This document shows, in pieces, positions 50,587-63,105 of a DNA stretch of 64,000 bases (positions within the stretch are counted from its first letter, which is position 1; the number at the start of each line of letters is the position of its first letter). A program made the position numbers and the translations under genes. The stretch lies in assembly GCF_009914755.1 (NCBI RefSeq), contig NC_060935.1; one strand, written 5' to 3'. A model generated the notes under the pieces. It was not told the origin of the DNA. It did not search any database and worked only from the letters and a program-made list of their open reading frames with translations. Source of the stretch: the human T2T-CHM13v2.0 reference genome, Homo sapiens.

Positions 50587-51859
50587 CATGGACTATGAGT
50601 CAGAAAGGTTTGGGTTTTCATCCCATCCTGCTATAAGCCTCCTGGGTAATCTTAGGCATTATTTCACCTCTTCTCAGGTTTCTCATTTGTACATGGAGAT
50701 AATAATAGAACTAAAACTATAGGATTACCATGAGGATTAAATGAGATAATTTACTGAAAGCAGTTGGCACAGTGCCTGACAAATAATAAGGACTCAATAA
50801 ATATTGGCTATTATAGACTAGGGCAGTACCCAGCATGTGTGCTGTGTGAAACACTGTATGTGTTATAATGATCTATAATACTTTCTCAATGAATAACTGC
50901 TGATGGGGTTGCTAAATTCAGATCTGGAGCATGGGCAACTGGGTAAGATCAGGGGGCAGAGGAATGGGGAACTGATGCAGAGTAAATTCAATAAGCAGGC
51001 ACAGAGAGCAACGTGGGCTAAGGAAGCTGGTGGTGACAAACTCTGCTCTCTTTATAATTTTGATGCATGAAAAACACAAACTGAATCTCCTAAGCTATAA
51101 TCAACAAGAATAAACTTAAAAAATACAACTGAATTTCCATGAGTCATATTTCTTTCTTGATGATATTTGGAGAGATTTAGGGTCCAGACGTGATTGCTCC
51201 CACAGAATGCATGCATCTTTATCTCTGCTGGTGCAGTGTCAAGCTTGCCAGCTCCACTCAGGAGGGGGTGGACATCCAGGGTGGTGGTACTTGACTAGGT
51301 TACATATCACGATCATTCTAATGCTACCCCCATAATCAAGGGGGTGCAACTGACCCAATATTCTTGAGCAAGGAATCTTGGGGAAATGTCAAGAAAGAAC
51401 CCTTCAACATTAATATTGATCACTGATGACATGATGACTCTCTTTCTTGGTATAAGCTCATACTCCAAATGTAAGTCTTTGAGTTCTAAAATACTCCCAA
51501 ATGAATGACACATGCTCAGCCTCTGGCACAGTGGCTTTCATGATGAATGTTCAACTCAGTTTATTGGAGTGATATTTGGCTGAAGAAAGATGAAAAAAAT
51601 CTAAGGATAATATTGATACAGAGTCAGAGAGTTGTGAAAGTCAAACCTTTTCCAAAAGAACCTCTTTACACAACCCCATTCATATCACAGTCTATATAAT
51701 AGTGCCCCCTAGAGTTGTGCAGGGCATGGGTTGTGTGACCATTTAGGGCATCATTGGAATTTCTAAACTGAAAACTTTCTGATTCCAACATACATAGATG
51801 AGTATTGAACCCTTATGTGCCGAATACTTTCTTAGAGATTATCATAGTTTATTAAGTCA

Positions 51860-52500
51860 GGCCAAAAATCTCAGGACCCATTCTTGATTTTTCTCTTCCC
51901 CTCGCCTTACCTCCAACCCAACAGCAAGTCCTGTCAGCTTGACTTTTAAAGTACAATGTGAATCTGATCACTTCTCAGCACCTCCTCTGCCACTACCTCA
52001 GGTCACACCTCCATCATCCCTCACCTGCAAGATCTCAGCAGTCACCTAACTTATCACCTGCTTCCATTCCTGTTCTGCTCTGTAGCTGGAATGTTCTTTG
52101 AACAGTGTAAGTCCAATTATATTTTCTTTTTCCTTGGGATCTTTGCACTTGTTGTTCTTTCCTCTTGGAGTACACTTCCCCGAAATCAGATGTCTTCTCT
52201 TTTTATCGTTTTTGATCAGATATGACCTCCTCAGAGATGCCTTCCCCAACTACTGCTGAATCCGAAATAATATTTCTCAGTGCGACTCAGTCACTCACTA
52301 TTCCCTAACCTGCTTTATTTTCTTCAAAGAACTTAGCATAATCTGAAATGTTATTGTTTATTTATGGGTTTATTTATTGTCTATCGCCACCACTAGAATG
52401 AAAGCTTCATGAAGGCAGGGGCTTTGTTTTGTTCACTGCTTTTTCTTTCATACTGAAAACAGTTCCTAGTACACAGTAGGCACTAAATAAATGTGTGTTA
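51860..52500 (+). mobile_element. L2 LINE 3' region
   Basis: ...CTAGAATGAAAGCTTCATGAAGGCAGGGGCTTTGT...ACAGTAGGCACTAAATAAATG. Confidence 0.75.
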
Positions 52501-52529
52501 AATATGCTTAATACATTTAATCCTTAGAG

Positions 52530-52722
52530 TAGGGGTTCTCAGAGTGTGACCCTGGACTGTTAGCATCAGAAACAACTGTGAAATTGTTAGAAATGCAAAT
52601 TCTCAGTTTCTAACTTAGACCTATCAATACGTAATCAAAAACATTAGGAGTGGAACCCACCAATTGATGTTTTAAGACGCTCTCCAGGAAATTCTGATGC
52701 ATGCTCAAGGTTGAGAACCACT
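52530..52722. mobile_element. MER5A DNA transposon relic
   Basis: GGTTCTCAGAGTGTG...GTTAGAAATGCAAATTCTCAG...AGGTTGAGAACCACTG. Confidence 0.8.
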
Positions 52723-55700
52723 GCATTAAAACAAACACGTAAAATATTATTAGGCTTGTTGTACAGATAAGAAAGTTACATTTTAGAAAGGTAACATAGT
52801 TCAGATAGAAAGAACTAACATTTATTGCCAAATATCACATTATAAGCACCCTATAAATAGTATTAATAATAGTATTTGTAATTGTATTGTTACCTACTAT
52901 GCCAGATGCTGTATTTAATCTTCATAATAATTCTGTTCAGTATCATTGCTTCTATTGTTTATATACATTTATTGAGGCACAGACATTTAAGTAATTTATC
53001 CAAAATCATCTAGCAAAAAAGAGACAGAAAGATCTGTTTGCATCTTTCCTTTTTTCGAAGAGATCTAACTAAGGACAGATCACTGATGTGCCAGCAGATA
53101 TGCAAGGAAAACACATTTGGCATTTTCTGAAACAAATGCCAAGTTTCCACATTTGGAAATGATGAATGGTGGGTCTTGACATCAAGGGTACCCTCAAAAG
53201 GGGAAGTAGATGCTCTTTCATTCTGGTGGCTTCAACTCAGAGATACTGGCTCTAGCTGACCTTGATGAGCCCCATCTTTTTCTACCTTGGAAATAGCAGC
53301 TTCGTGGACTTTGGATGTGGGCTGTCAAAAGCCTGGCTTGGACATCAGGAAGGATGAATAATTGTGGGCTCAGCAAATCACATGAGCCCCACTGCCTTCA
53401 TGGAAGAGAACTGACATTTGATGGTGATGGAGTAGACGATGATGGAAATATATAAATACATATACTTCTGAAGTCGAGTCACAGCTGTTCTTGGAACTGT
53501 ACACCCTGAGCACATACAGACAAAACCCCAAACAGCAAACTCCTAAAATTATGCTATAGCAATCTGGTCAATTTAACCATGAATATTGATGGGGAAATTA
53601 CGTCAACTGGCCTTTCCAATTCCTCCTTATTCCTTTCTGTTTTGGTTTTTATGGCAACATCAATTCATTTCTTATTTTTTAGTTCCCTTATAATAGGGAG
53701 GCAAGCATTCATGAGACAAATATGCTTTAAGTCTCTAATGTAGACAAAATCACAGTTGTATTAGTTTCTGCTTAAAGTTGATATCTTTACAGATGTGCAT
53801 TTATGCATGGAGGATATCTCAAGGATCCAAGGTGTTAATATTACCGTTGAAGTTTTGCTTTTAGGTGGCTATTGGCCATGGGACAATTGGACTTATAGAA
53901 AGCAAAGACAATAGGCTTTGAGTTGTCAGAGAAAGGGGACACTGTCTGAATCATGTGTGTCTCCAGCCCTAATGTGCAATACCTAGCACATAGTAGAGAC
54001 CTAAAAAATCTCTATGGAGTGAATATTTAGAAGTTGAACATACAATGGGAACTCAACAAATAGTTTTTGATTGGATAAAAGAAGGAACCAGGGAAAGACT
54101 CTCACTATATCTGCTATAAGATAAGCATTCAACAAACATTTCTTGATTAAGAAAGTACTACTGAGATCCTCAGTGAATACTAAGTGAAGGTTTGAACAAA
54201 TGCTTGGCACATGGCAGGTGGTCGAAAAACGACACCAGAATGAACAATCAGTCATATTTTCTGCCACAAAAATGCTGTCCTCAGAGTATAATGGAAAGAC
54301 ACTGGGCTACTTCTCGAGAGCAGAATCCTTATGCTTGGAACATATCTTTCTAAGTAAGTCTCTGTGTATTCCATAGGATTAACAGAAACTTGGGCTGTTC
54401 ATTTGTGCTGTAACAGCTTTGTTTCTTTTCTCACTACTTCTCGGAGGCACACAGACACTCATTTATCCAAGTTCGCACATTAAGACAAGGGTATGGTCCA
54501 GGCTTCTGACACGTCCACACTCATTAGAGCCACCAGGAAAGTCGTTCTCCCCCCAAATGCTTAAAGAGTGGCTCTGTTCGTGCACATAGATCCTTTGTGT
54601 CAGTCCACATGGCAGAGTTCTGACACATTTGATGTCACGAGCCTGTGATGTCATGGGTTTTTCTAGACATCTCTCTGTGCTACCCAGACACCAAGGCCAT
54701 GTAACCAACTTGGCTTAGCTCTCAAAACGGACTATTATGGAAAAGCTTTTCTGAAAAACAACATTTCACCTGTGACTGGCATTTCCTTCAAAACCAAGAC
54801 ACTATTCTCTGCTTGATTTTAGTTCCCTTTGGGTTAGGAGACTAGATATCGCTGAGTATCTGAAATCTCTTGTCATTCTGGAAGGAGGCACTCATTGCAA
54901 GAAGTCTTCATTCTTGGGTTTGTTAATCAAGCTCTTTGTGCCTCAGTTTCTTCTGTAAAAAAAGGTTAATAATAATACCTGTTGCATACGGTTATTGTGA
55001 GGATAAGGAGTAATGGTATGGAAAGCACACAGAAAGGTTCATTGGAAGTCCCCAGGAAATCTATCTTTCCTTAGGAAAAAAAGTCAAGTCTGGGAGACTG
55101 CACAGAGATCGTGGGCTTCCATATCTTGCAAAGTGGCCTTGGTAGGAGAGATGGAAGGGCAACAAGGCTTTGGTCCCATTGGAAGAGCTCTGTATTCCTG
55201 TGCATTTTCATCTGTGTAGCATACTTACTTACCTAATAATTTGGGGCTCTATGTCAGATTGCAGGTAGCAACACCTTTCAGCTGCTGCCTAAGAACAACA
55301 ACAAAAAATGAAAACCATGGATTAGTAAAATCTTCCATTTTACAAATGAGAAGAGTGAGGACTCAAGGTCTCCTGATACTCACATCCAGTGATTGTTCCA
55401 TTTTCCAGCTGTGGTCCTGACTTACCTCTCAAAATTGATTGTTCTCACCCTATGGCTATAACACAGACCCCATTAGATAGACCTAAGGGAGACATAAGTC
55501 AGCTCTCATTTTCCAGTTGAAATGAAGCTTGTATCTTTTCAATAACTTGTCTGAGGCTATGCAGTTTGAAAGTTGCTTGAACTGTAATGTGGGTTCATTT
55601 TATTCATCATTCATCACTATTTATAGAACATCCACATTTCAGTCACTTTTGGCACTATTTCTATGTACGCTCTAGAACCCTCTGCTTAGAATAGGGCTGC

Positions 55701-58204
55701 CACCATAGGCACGAAAATTCCCATAATGCTAAAAGATCACTTTCCAAGGTCATGTTCTCTTTCATTCCTCTTAAGGAGCCAAAAAGGGCTTCAGAAACCT
55801 TTAAGCCTTCCAGAAAAAAATACCTCATAACCTGAGTTGTGAGGAGGCCAGAATCAATCTTCAACTGGTACCTTTGCTTTCTTGGTGTGACTTTTCTTAT
55901 TTATAAAATGGATATGAAAATGCTCTTCTCACAATGTTGATGGAATAGTCGGATGAAATAATGCTCACCCCAGGCCTGTGGTCCATCCTTGCAGAAGAAA
56001 TTCAGCCAATTAGATATACCCTCTCCTTTCCCAGGGAGTATGTGCCCCTCTGTTTTCCCAGGTTCCTTTTAGGGATCCACCCCACTTGGGTGTACTAAAT
56101 TCTTGTTTCCGGCCTTTTTCCCACTGACCCACACGAACATTTCTGTTTAATCCTAGCCCCTCAAGGTCCAGTTCCCTGGATGGCACAACAGTTGTATTCG
56201 AGAGTGATTGTGAGACCCTGTTCTCCACAAAAAGGAAGAAAAAAAAGAGGCAAAAAAAGAAAAAAAAAACTTCACATTAACTCCTTGACATAAGCAGAAC
56301 ACGTGATGTTACTCCCATTCCTCAGACAATAACACTGAGTTTCAGGAAAGTCAAGTGACTTGCCCAAGGTCATGCAGCTCATGGTGTCTGAGCTGGAATG
56401 CAAATAGAGGTTTTTCTAACTCCCTTGGCTGCCTCATGTTAAAACCTTTGTCTATCCTCCCCCAGCCTGGGGAGCTGTATTTTTATATAAGACAATTTTA
56501 GTCTCCTCTCAATAGGTGGTAAAAATACTGGTGAGAGAGGTCACTCCACCTTGGCGGCTGCTTCAAAGGCCTGGAAACGTGTGGGAGGCAGAGGGAGAGG
56601 GTTGGAATGACATTTGGTCCCCCACACCGTGAGAGTTGAGGAGGTGGGAGACATTGCAACAAGTCAAGCGTAAAGGAAGAACGAGGCCTTCCAAGCACTG
56701 CCCTGTATAAACACAGCCGTGGCAGAGGGAAGGTTGCCTACAAGGACACACTTGATGTTTCCTTGGGTTTTCGAGGGGAAGGGCTGAGTCACCACGGAAA
56801 CACCGTCACTTTCCCTCCCCCAGGGTGTAGACAACTGAGATGTGACTCTAAAATAATGCAACTGATGCTTTGCATTCCTTAGCTGCTCACATAGCCAGAG
56901 AATTGTCCCCCTTCACCCACCAATTTGCCCCACACCCACTTCACCCTGTGGTTTGAGGTTCCAAACTACTGTTTTAACTCCTGCCCCCGCCCTCACCCTG
57001 CTCAGTATTCTTCTAATCCAGAGACAGACATATTGACCATTAACTTATAGGCAATATATCCCCTACCTACTTGGAAACTCATATGTAAAATTTTGTCTGC
57101 AATTAACAGAAGACCAACTTAAGGTGGCTTAAATGTAAATATATATATATATAATCTTAAATAAGAAGAAATAGAGAGGAAAGTGGTTTCAGGGTTGATT
57201 AACTCCGAGGCTTAAAGTCAGCGGCTTCCCTTCACCTTTCTCTCATCTTTAGTGAGTTAGTTTCATCTTTAGACTCATATGATTATGGTCCCAAGAAGGC
57301 TACCACAGCCAGCCGCAGGCTTCACATTCTTAAACAGATGCAGAAAGAGGGGTCATTCTCTTTGTGAAGTTTTTGTTTTTTTAATCAGGGAATAAAGCCT
57401 TTCCACAAGTCCTCTGGCCAACATCCAAGTGGGGAGGGTGATAATTTCTTTTTTGGTCAAATCTCAACTTGCCCTTAGCTCAAACAATCTACGCCAGCAG
57501 GATTAGAATTAGTGTTACAGACTTAGATGAATAAAGACATCTCCTGGAACTGAGGAGGTGCTCTTCTACCAGGACAGGTCTGTCCACGGGGAATAGCCAA
57601 AATTAAATCAGGTCTTGGTGGCAAGGGAGGAGGACGAAAAAAGCTGTTGGGTAGGCGACCAGAAGTGTCTTCGATAATGTTACCTAAGACTGCTGTGAAG
57701 ATTAAATGAGATATGTGTAAAACACCATGCCTGGTTTCTGGCAGATCATAAATTTCAAATAAATGTTAATCGTTATCTTTTCTGTTCTGATTTTCATCCC
57801 ATCTTGCACTTGCTATTCCTCCAATTGGCTCATAGCCTTAACCCATATTCTCTCTGCTTAGCATGCTCTTTTCCTATTGCAATGCTACCAATACCCAAAA
57901 GCTCATCTCAATTGTCAAATCTACAATAATGTTTTCCTTGATTTCTCAATCCTCCAGGGTATTTGTTTCTTATTTATGGCTTTAATCATGCTTTGTCTTG
58001 TGTTTGTGTACTTTCTGAGATTTCTCTAGAGTTTGAGCTCCTTGAGGATTACACAGGTCTCATTGATTCCTCATTTCTTTGAATAACCTCTAGTGGGCCT
58101 TACACACAATAGACACTCAGTAAATAGCCTTAGAATTGAATTGAATGAATTTTGTTCAAAGCTATTATCCTGGAGCTCCAATATTGGCCAAAGCATGTGG
58201 TACA

Positions 58205-58835
58205 TCCTTTTTTCAATTGTAATAGACACAACATAAAATTTACCATTTTAGCCATTTTTAGATATATAGTTCAATAGCATTAAATACATTCCCATTGTTG
58301 TACAACCATTACCACCATCTATCTCCAGAACTTAAAAAATTTCCCAAACTGAAATCCTGTACCCATTAAGTAATAACTTTCCATTTATCCCTCTCCACAG
58401 CCTCTGGCAACCACCATACTATGTTCTGTCTCTATGAATTTGACTACTCCAGATACCTCATATAAGCGGAATAATACAATATTTGTCCTTCAGTATCTAG
58501 TTTATTTTACATGGCAGTTGGTCCTCAAGGTTCATCCATGTTGTAGCATGTGTTAGAATTCTATTTCTTTTTAAGGCTCATATTCCATTGTATGCAAGTA
58601 CCACATTTTGCTTTTCCATTCATCCATTGATGGACATTTGGGTTGCTTCCATCTTTTGATTATTGTGAATAATGCTGCTTAAACGCCGGCATACAAATCT
58701 GTGTTCAAGTCTCTGTTTTCAACTCTTTTGTATATTTAACCAAAAGTAGAACTGATAAATCATATGACAATTCTATGTTTATTTTTTGAGGGGTTGCCAT
58801 ATTGTTTCCCACAGTGGCTACACCATTGGCACATT
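58205..58835 (-). mobile_element. L1M (L1MB-like) 3' fragment
   Basis: AAAATTTACCATTTTAGCC...CTCTATGAATTTGACTACTC...GATGGACATTTGGGTTGCTTCC. Confidence 0.85.
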
Positions 58836-58891
58836 CTTTTGACTTGTACCAGTGGCAATAAATCTCAGAACCTGCAGCATGGGTATGATTT

Positions 58892-59152
58892 TTTATTATT
58901 TTTTTATTATGCCTTAAGCTCTGGGATAATGTGCAGAATGTGCAGGTTTGTTACATAGGTATACATGTGCGATGGTGGTTTGTTGCACCCATCAACCCGT
59001 CATCCAGGTTTTAAGCCCCACATACATTAGGTATTTGTCCTAATGCTCCCCCTCCCCTTGCCCCCAACCCCCGACAGGCCCCGGTGTGTGACGTTCCCCT
59101 CCCCGTGTCCATGTGTTCTCATTGTTCAGCTCCCACTTATGAGTGAGAACAG
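58892..59152 (-). mobile_element. 5'-truncated L1PA 3' end (~260 bp) with a 16-bp TSD
   Basis: GTGCAGGTTTGTTACATAGGTATACATGTG...CCCACTTATGAGTGAGAAC; AGCATGGGTATGATTT at 58876-58891 and 59153-59168. Confidence 0.92.
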
Positions 59153-61341
59153 AGCATGGGTATGATTTCAACATCACATGCATCCTCCAGGGTGTCATGT
59201 TGGTTCATGTCTATTACAGTTGATCAAGCCTATGATGACAGCTTTCAGTAAAAAAGATGTAAGGCAGATCAGCATAGAGATTTAGAGTTCATGGCCTAAG
59301 CCACATGGGCCTAGATTCCAAATGCTGTTGCTATTACTGTATGGCCTTTGGCAAATTGCTCTACCTCACTGAGTCTCAGTTTTGTCACCTATAAGATGGG
59401 GATAATAATAGAACCTACCTCTCCGGTGACTGTGGAAATTAATAGGATAGTGCAGGTAAAGTTCTCATGGCTGGGCATGACAAAGTAAACATCCAATAAA
59501 TGTAGTAATTAAATCATATGATAATAATAATTAATAATGGGATGGGCCCAGATACTGATTTTGAAAGCCATTCTCAGAGAGAAATTTCAAACTGGCTTGA
59601 TGAACAGTGATATTGAGTGTTTAGTCCCTGAAGGTATCTATCTTGAGGCACAGAATTTATTCAGATATCACAGTTTTGTCACGTGTTGCCTTAGCTGAGA
59701 TTCTTTTGGTTTCTAGTAAGAGAAGCCTGCTCAAACAGGTGTAAGCAAAATGGGGAATGTATCTTAGGGATACGTGGCAGGGGAGGGAGCTCTTAAAGAA
59801 CCCTGGAATAAGATACAGCCAGGTAGTGTGTATTTGGGTCTGGGGCCCTATGGTATCTTATTGTGATATCTCTTCTCTCTGGGCATCTGCTCTGTTTTCA
59901 TCCTTTCTGAAGATTGGCTTACTTCGCTGGTTGTTGTACATGATATGGCCACAGCTCCTGAGTTTTGTGCTTGTTCACTCTAGCCTCAAACACTAACTTG
60001 CTGAATCTGAATTCCCATCACAAATTCCCAGGAAAATCTGATTGTCCCTGGTGGGTCAGCTGCCCATCCTCTGTGAAACTGGGCCAGGAGGCTGTGTGAT
60101 GGCCAAAGGGAACAAACATGGCTGCCCAAAGTAGATATGGTGGACTTCAGAAAAAGGAGGTCCTTGAGTTTTTTGTAGATCCACCAAAAAGGTGTTCACA
60201 ACAAAAGACTTTAACATACAATATGGCTCCTTGTTGTCATAATTTTAAACCCATTTAAATAATTTCTTGAAACATTTAAATAGCTTCTTGGCTGTCCAAA
60301 GAAGAGGGAGGCTTTCCTTCTTTAATCAGAAGTTCTGCCAAGAAATTGGGTTAACAAAAACCTCAGATCAAGTGTTCCCCCTCACGTTTCTTCTCAGTCA
60401 AAATATTTCATATGTTTCAGATGCCATTCTCTTTTGAGAAGGGCCCAGAGTCCACACTAGACAGGAGGACTGGTCCTTGGCAATGTTACAGACTGATGAC
60501 GGATGACTCATTATTACAACTCTATACATGTGTTTTGCCAGCATAAAACGGGAAAAAAATACCACAAAAGGAGAAGACGAAGGATAAGGTCTTTAACATT
60601 TTGGCCATCCAAAGTCTTGTCATCCATCAGGTCCTGGAATTCTGCCACCCACCCACTTGGCCAGTACTGGACTAGAAATAATGAACATAAGTCACTGTGG
60701 TTTTTTTGGGTTTTTCAAAAATAGAAGAAAAGAGATGTGGCTAGAATGTGGCATGTCTGGGTTTCCAGATATATCTGCTTATACAGGGAGATGAAGGCCC
60801 CAGGGCATGCTATTGTAGATGTCATTACAGTTGTCCTCCAAATCTCAATGCTATCAGTTCCCCTAGATCAGAGGAAGATACTTTTACTTGCCTTATCTTT
60901 TTTTATGATTATAAATGTAGTAGATTCTCACTCTTAAAAAAGAAACTTTACAAAAACAAATGACTTCTCCATAATCTTATTCCACAGATATAACCACTGG
61001 AAGTCATTTAGTTTATATTCTTTCAACATTTTTTCTATACGTGTATGCTAATATAAGTAAAAGCATGCTTTTTCTACATGCGATATTTTACCTAAGTGAA
61101 CTAATACAATAGTGTGGCTCTGAAATCCTTTTTTCATAACGATGTATCTTACACATTTTTCCCTGTCACTACCTAGAGCTCTCTCTCATTCTTTACAGGC
61201 CGCACAATTTTCCATTTTATGGGTGTACTTTAATTTATTTATTCAGCCCCAATAACAGCTATTCAGGAAGTGAGAAAAATATTTAATATTTATATTTCCC
61301 CTCATTTTCCCTCTTCTTTTTTTGCTTCCCACAATCTATAC

Positions 61342-61521
61342 TTTTTTTTTTTTTTTTTGAGACAGAGTCTTCACTCTGTCGCCCAGGCTGGAGTGCAGTG
61401 GCGTGCGTGATGTCGGCTCACTGCAAGCTCCACCTCCCGGGTTCATGCCATTCTCCTGCCTCAGCCTCCTGAGTAGCTGGGACTACAGGTGCCTGCCACC
61501 ATGCCTGGCTAATTTTTTTTT
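61342..61521 (-). mobile_element. Truncated Alu (right monomer, AluY-like)
   Basis: CTGCAAGCTCC...GGGTTCATGCCATTCTCCTGCC; ends at the central linker. Confidence 0.88.
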
Positions 61522-62849
61522 CCCACATCTGTACTATTTTATTGCAAAGGTGATTTTTGGATTGAAAGTCAGAAGTGGCTTCTGTTTACTCCGGAGGCCA
61601 CATGGTTGCTTTAAAATTAGCATCTCTTTTAGTTATTCACTGTGGGGCTCAATTATTTGGTTAATTATTCTCAACTCAAATCACCCTTCATCTGTCAATT
61701 AAATGTATAGAATGTTCTCAGAACTACAGAAATCTAAGGGCTGGGAGAGATATAAGAGCTGTAGATCTGGGAAGAATCGGGGAACTGAGTCAGAGGGCTC
61801 TTCTGCAGTTTCTGGACTGCTTTTTTATTTTTTCCCTCTTGTTTCATTGCCATGGGAATTGGTGGAGTGCATGGTGTGTGTGTGGTGGGGGGGCTTGTGG
61901 GGGAATGCATGTGTGGGTGTCTGGGGGAAAAAAAGGCCAGAGAAGGATGACTCCCCAGAGCAAATGCTGATCTGTGCAAAGCCCAAAAAAGTGGCCAGGT
62001 GGAATTTTGGGGTCACTAGGCAGTAGGGGAAGTGACCTTTGTAAATTAGGACACAGCTGAGGGCCAAGGTTGGATGCTATTTCTGTAGTTTTCCTGAATT
62101 TGGAAAATTGATTTCTTTGCCAGTGTGATGATGCCTTGGGCATCTCTGATTAATTAAACCCCTCTAGGCCACTATTGTGACTCATCTTGTGGACTTCTGT
62201 GTAACATACCATTGAATAAACTAGAGGATCTTGAAAAAAGTTTGTGATGGTCCTTATTATGTATAGCTTATTTGGGCCACAAATGTTGGAAAAGAGCTTC
62301 CATTTAAGATGGATGCTGGCTACCAATGGTGTGGGGTTGGGAGATGTGATTGGAGAAGGGTGGATAAGGTTGTAGGATGAATTCAAGGCATCCAGCAACT
62401 GCTTTCAAAACACTGTTGTCTGTAGTGATAGAAATGTTAGTCTGTGTTGCTTAGAAGGGCAGCCTATCTTAGAGAAGCTTTTATTCTTCAAATGCTAATT
62501 TAAGCACAGCGTGGTTTCCCAAGTATAAATACAGATTTAGTGTGTACTCTACCCTACTCAATATACGATCGTGTATCTGCAAAAGCCACCTTGTTCTCAG
62601 TCTCACATTGCTGGGTGCAGACAAGAACCGTCAGCCTTACAGTTCCGATTTTTCTTGGGATAAAGATTGTTTTCTAGGGACCAAAGGGACCATTACAGCT
62701 TTTGTGATCATAAGTAAAAATTTTTTACATTTCTTTTAATGTACAAAGCCCCTTCGATCCACGGTTTCATATGCTCCTCTCTAGAAATCCTGGAAGGTAG
62801 GCATGGGTTATTTTTTTTTTTCAGATGGGGAAGATGAGCTCAGAAATAG

Positions 62850-63105
62850 CAAGTGGGAGCCAGGTGCCATGGTGATTAGTAACATAGTCTCCAGGGTCTG
62901 GCAGAACTGGGTTCAAATGGGAGCTTTACCCTTTATTGCCGATGTGACCTTCTGCAAGTTAACAGATTCCTCTGCTCTTCAGTTCCATTTTCTGTATAGT
63001 GAGGATAGTAATTTCTAGTCTATATGGATCACTGCAAGATTAAATAAAATAAGCCATGTTAAGCATTCAGTACAGTGTTGGCACATAGAAAGTCCTCAGC
63101 AAATG
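62850..63105 (+). mobile_element. MIR SINE
   Basis: CTGGGTTCAAAT...GTGACCTT...CAGTTCCATTTTCTGTA...GGCACATAG core. Many more degraded MIR, L2 and MLT1 fragments occur between 33 and 63 kb and are not listed individually. Confidence 0.7.
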
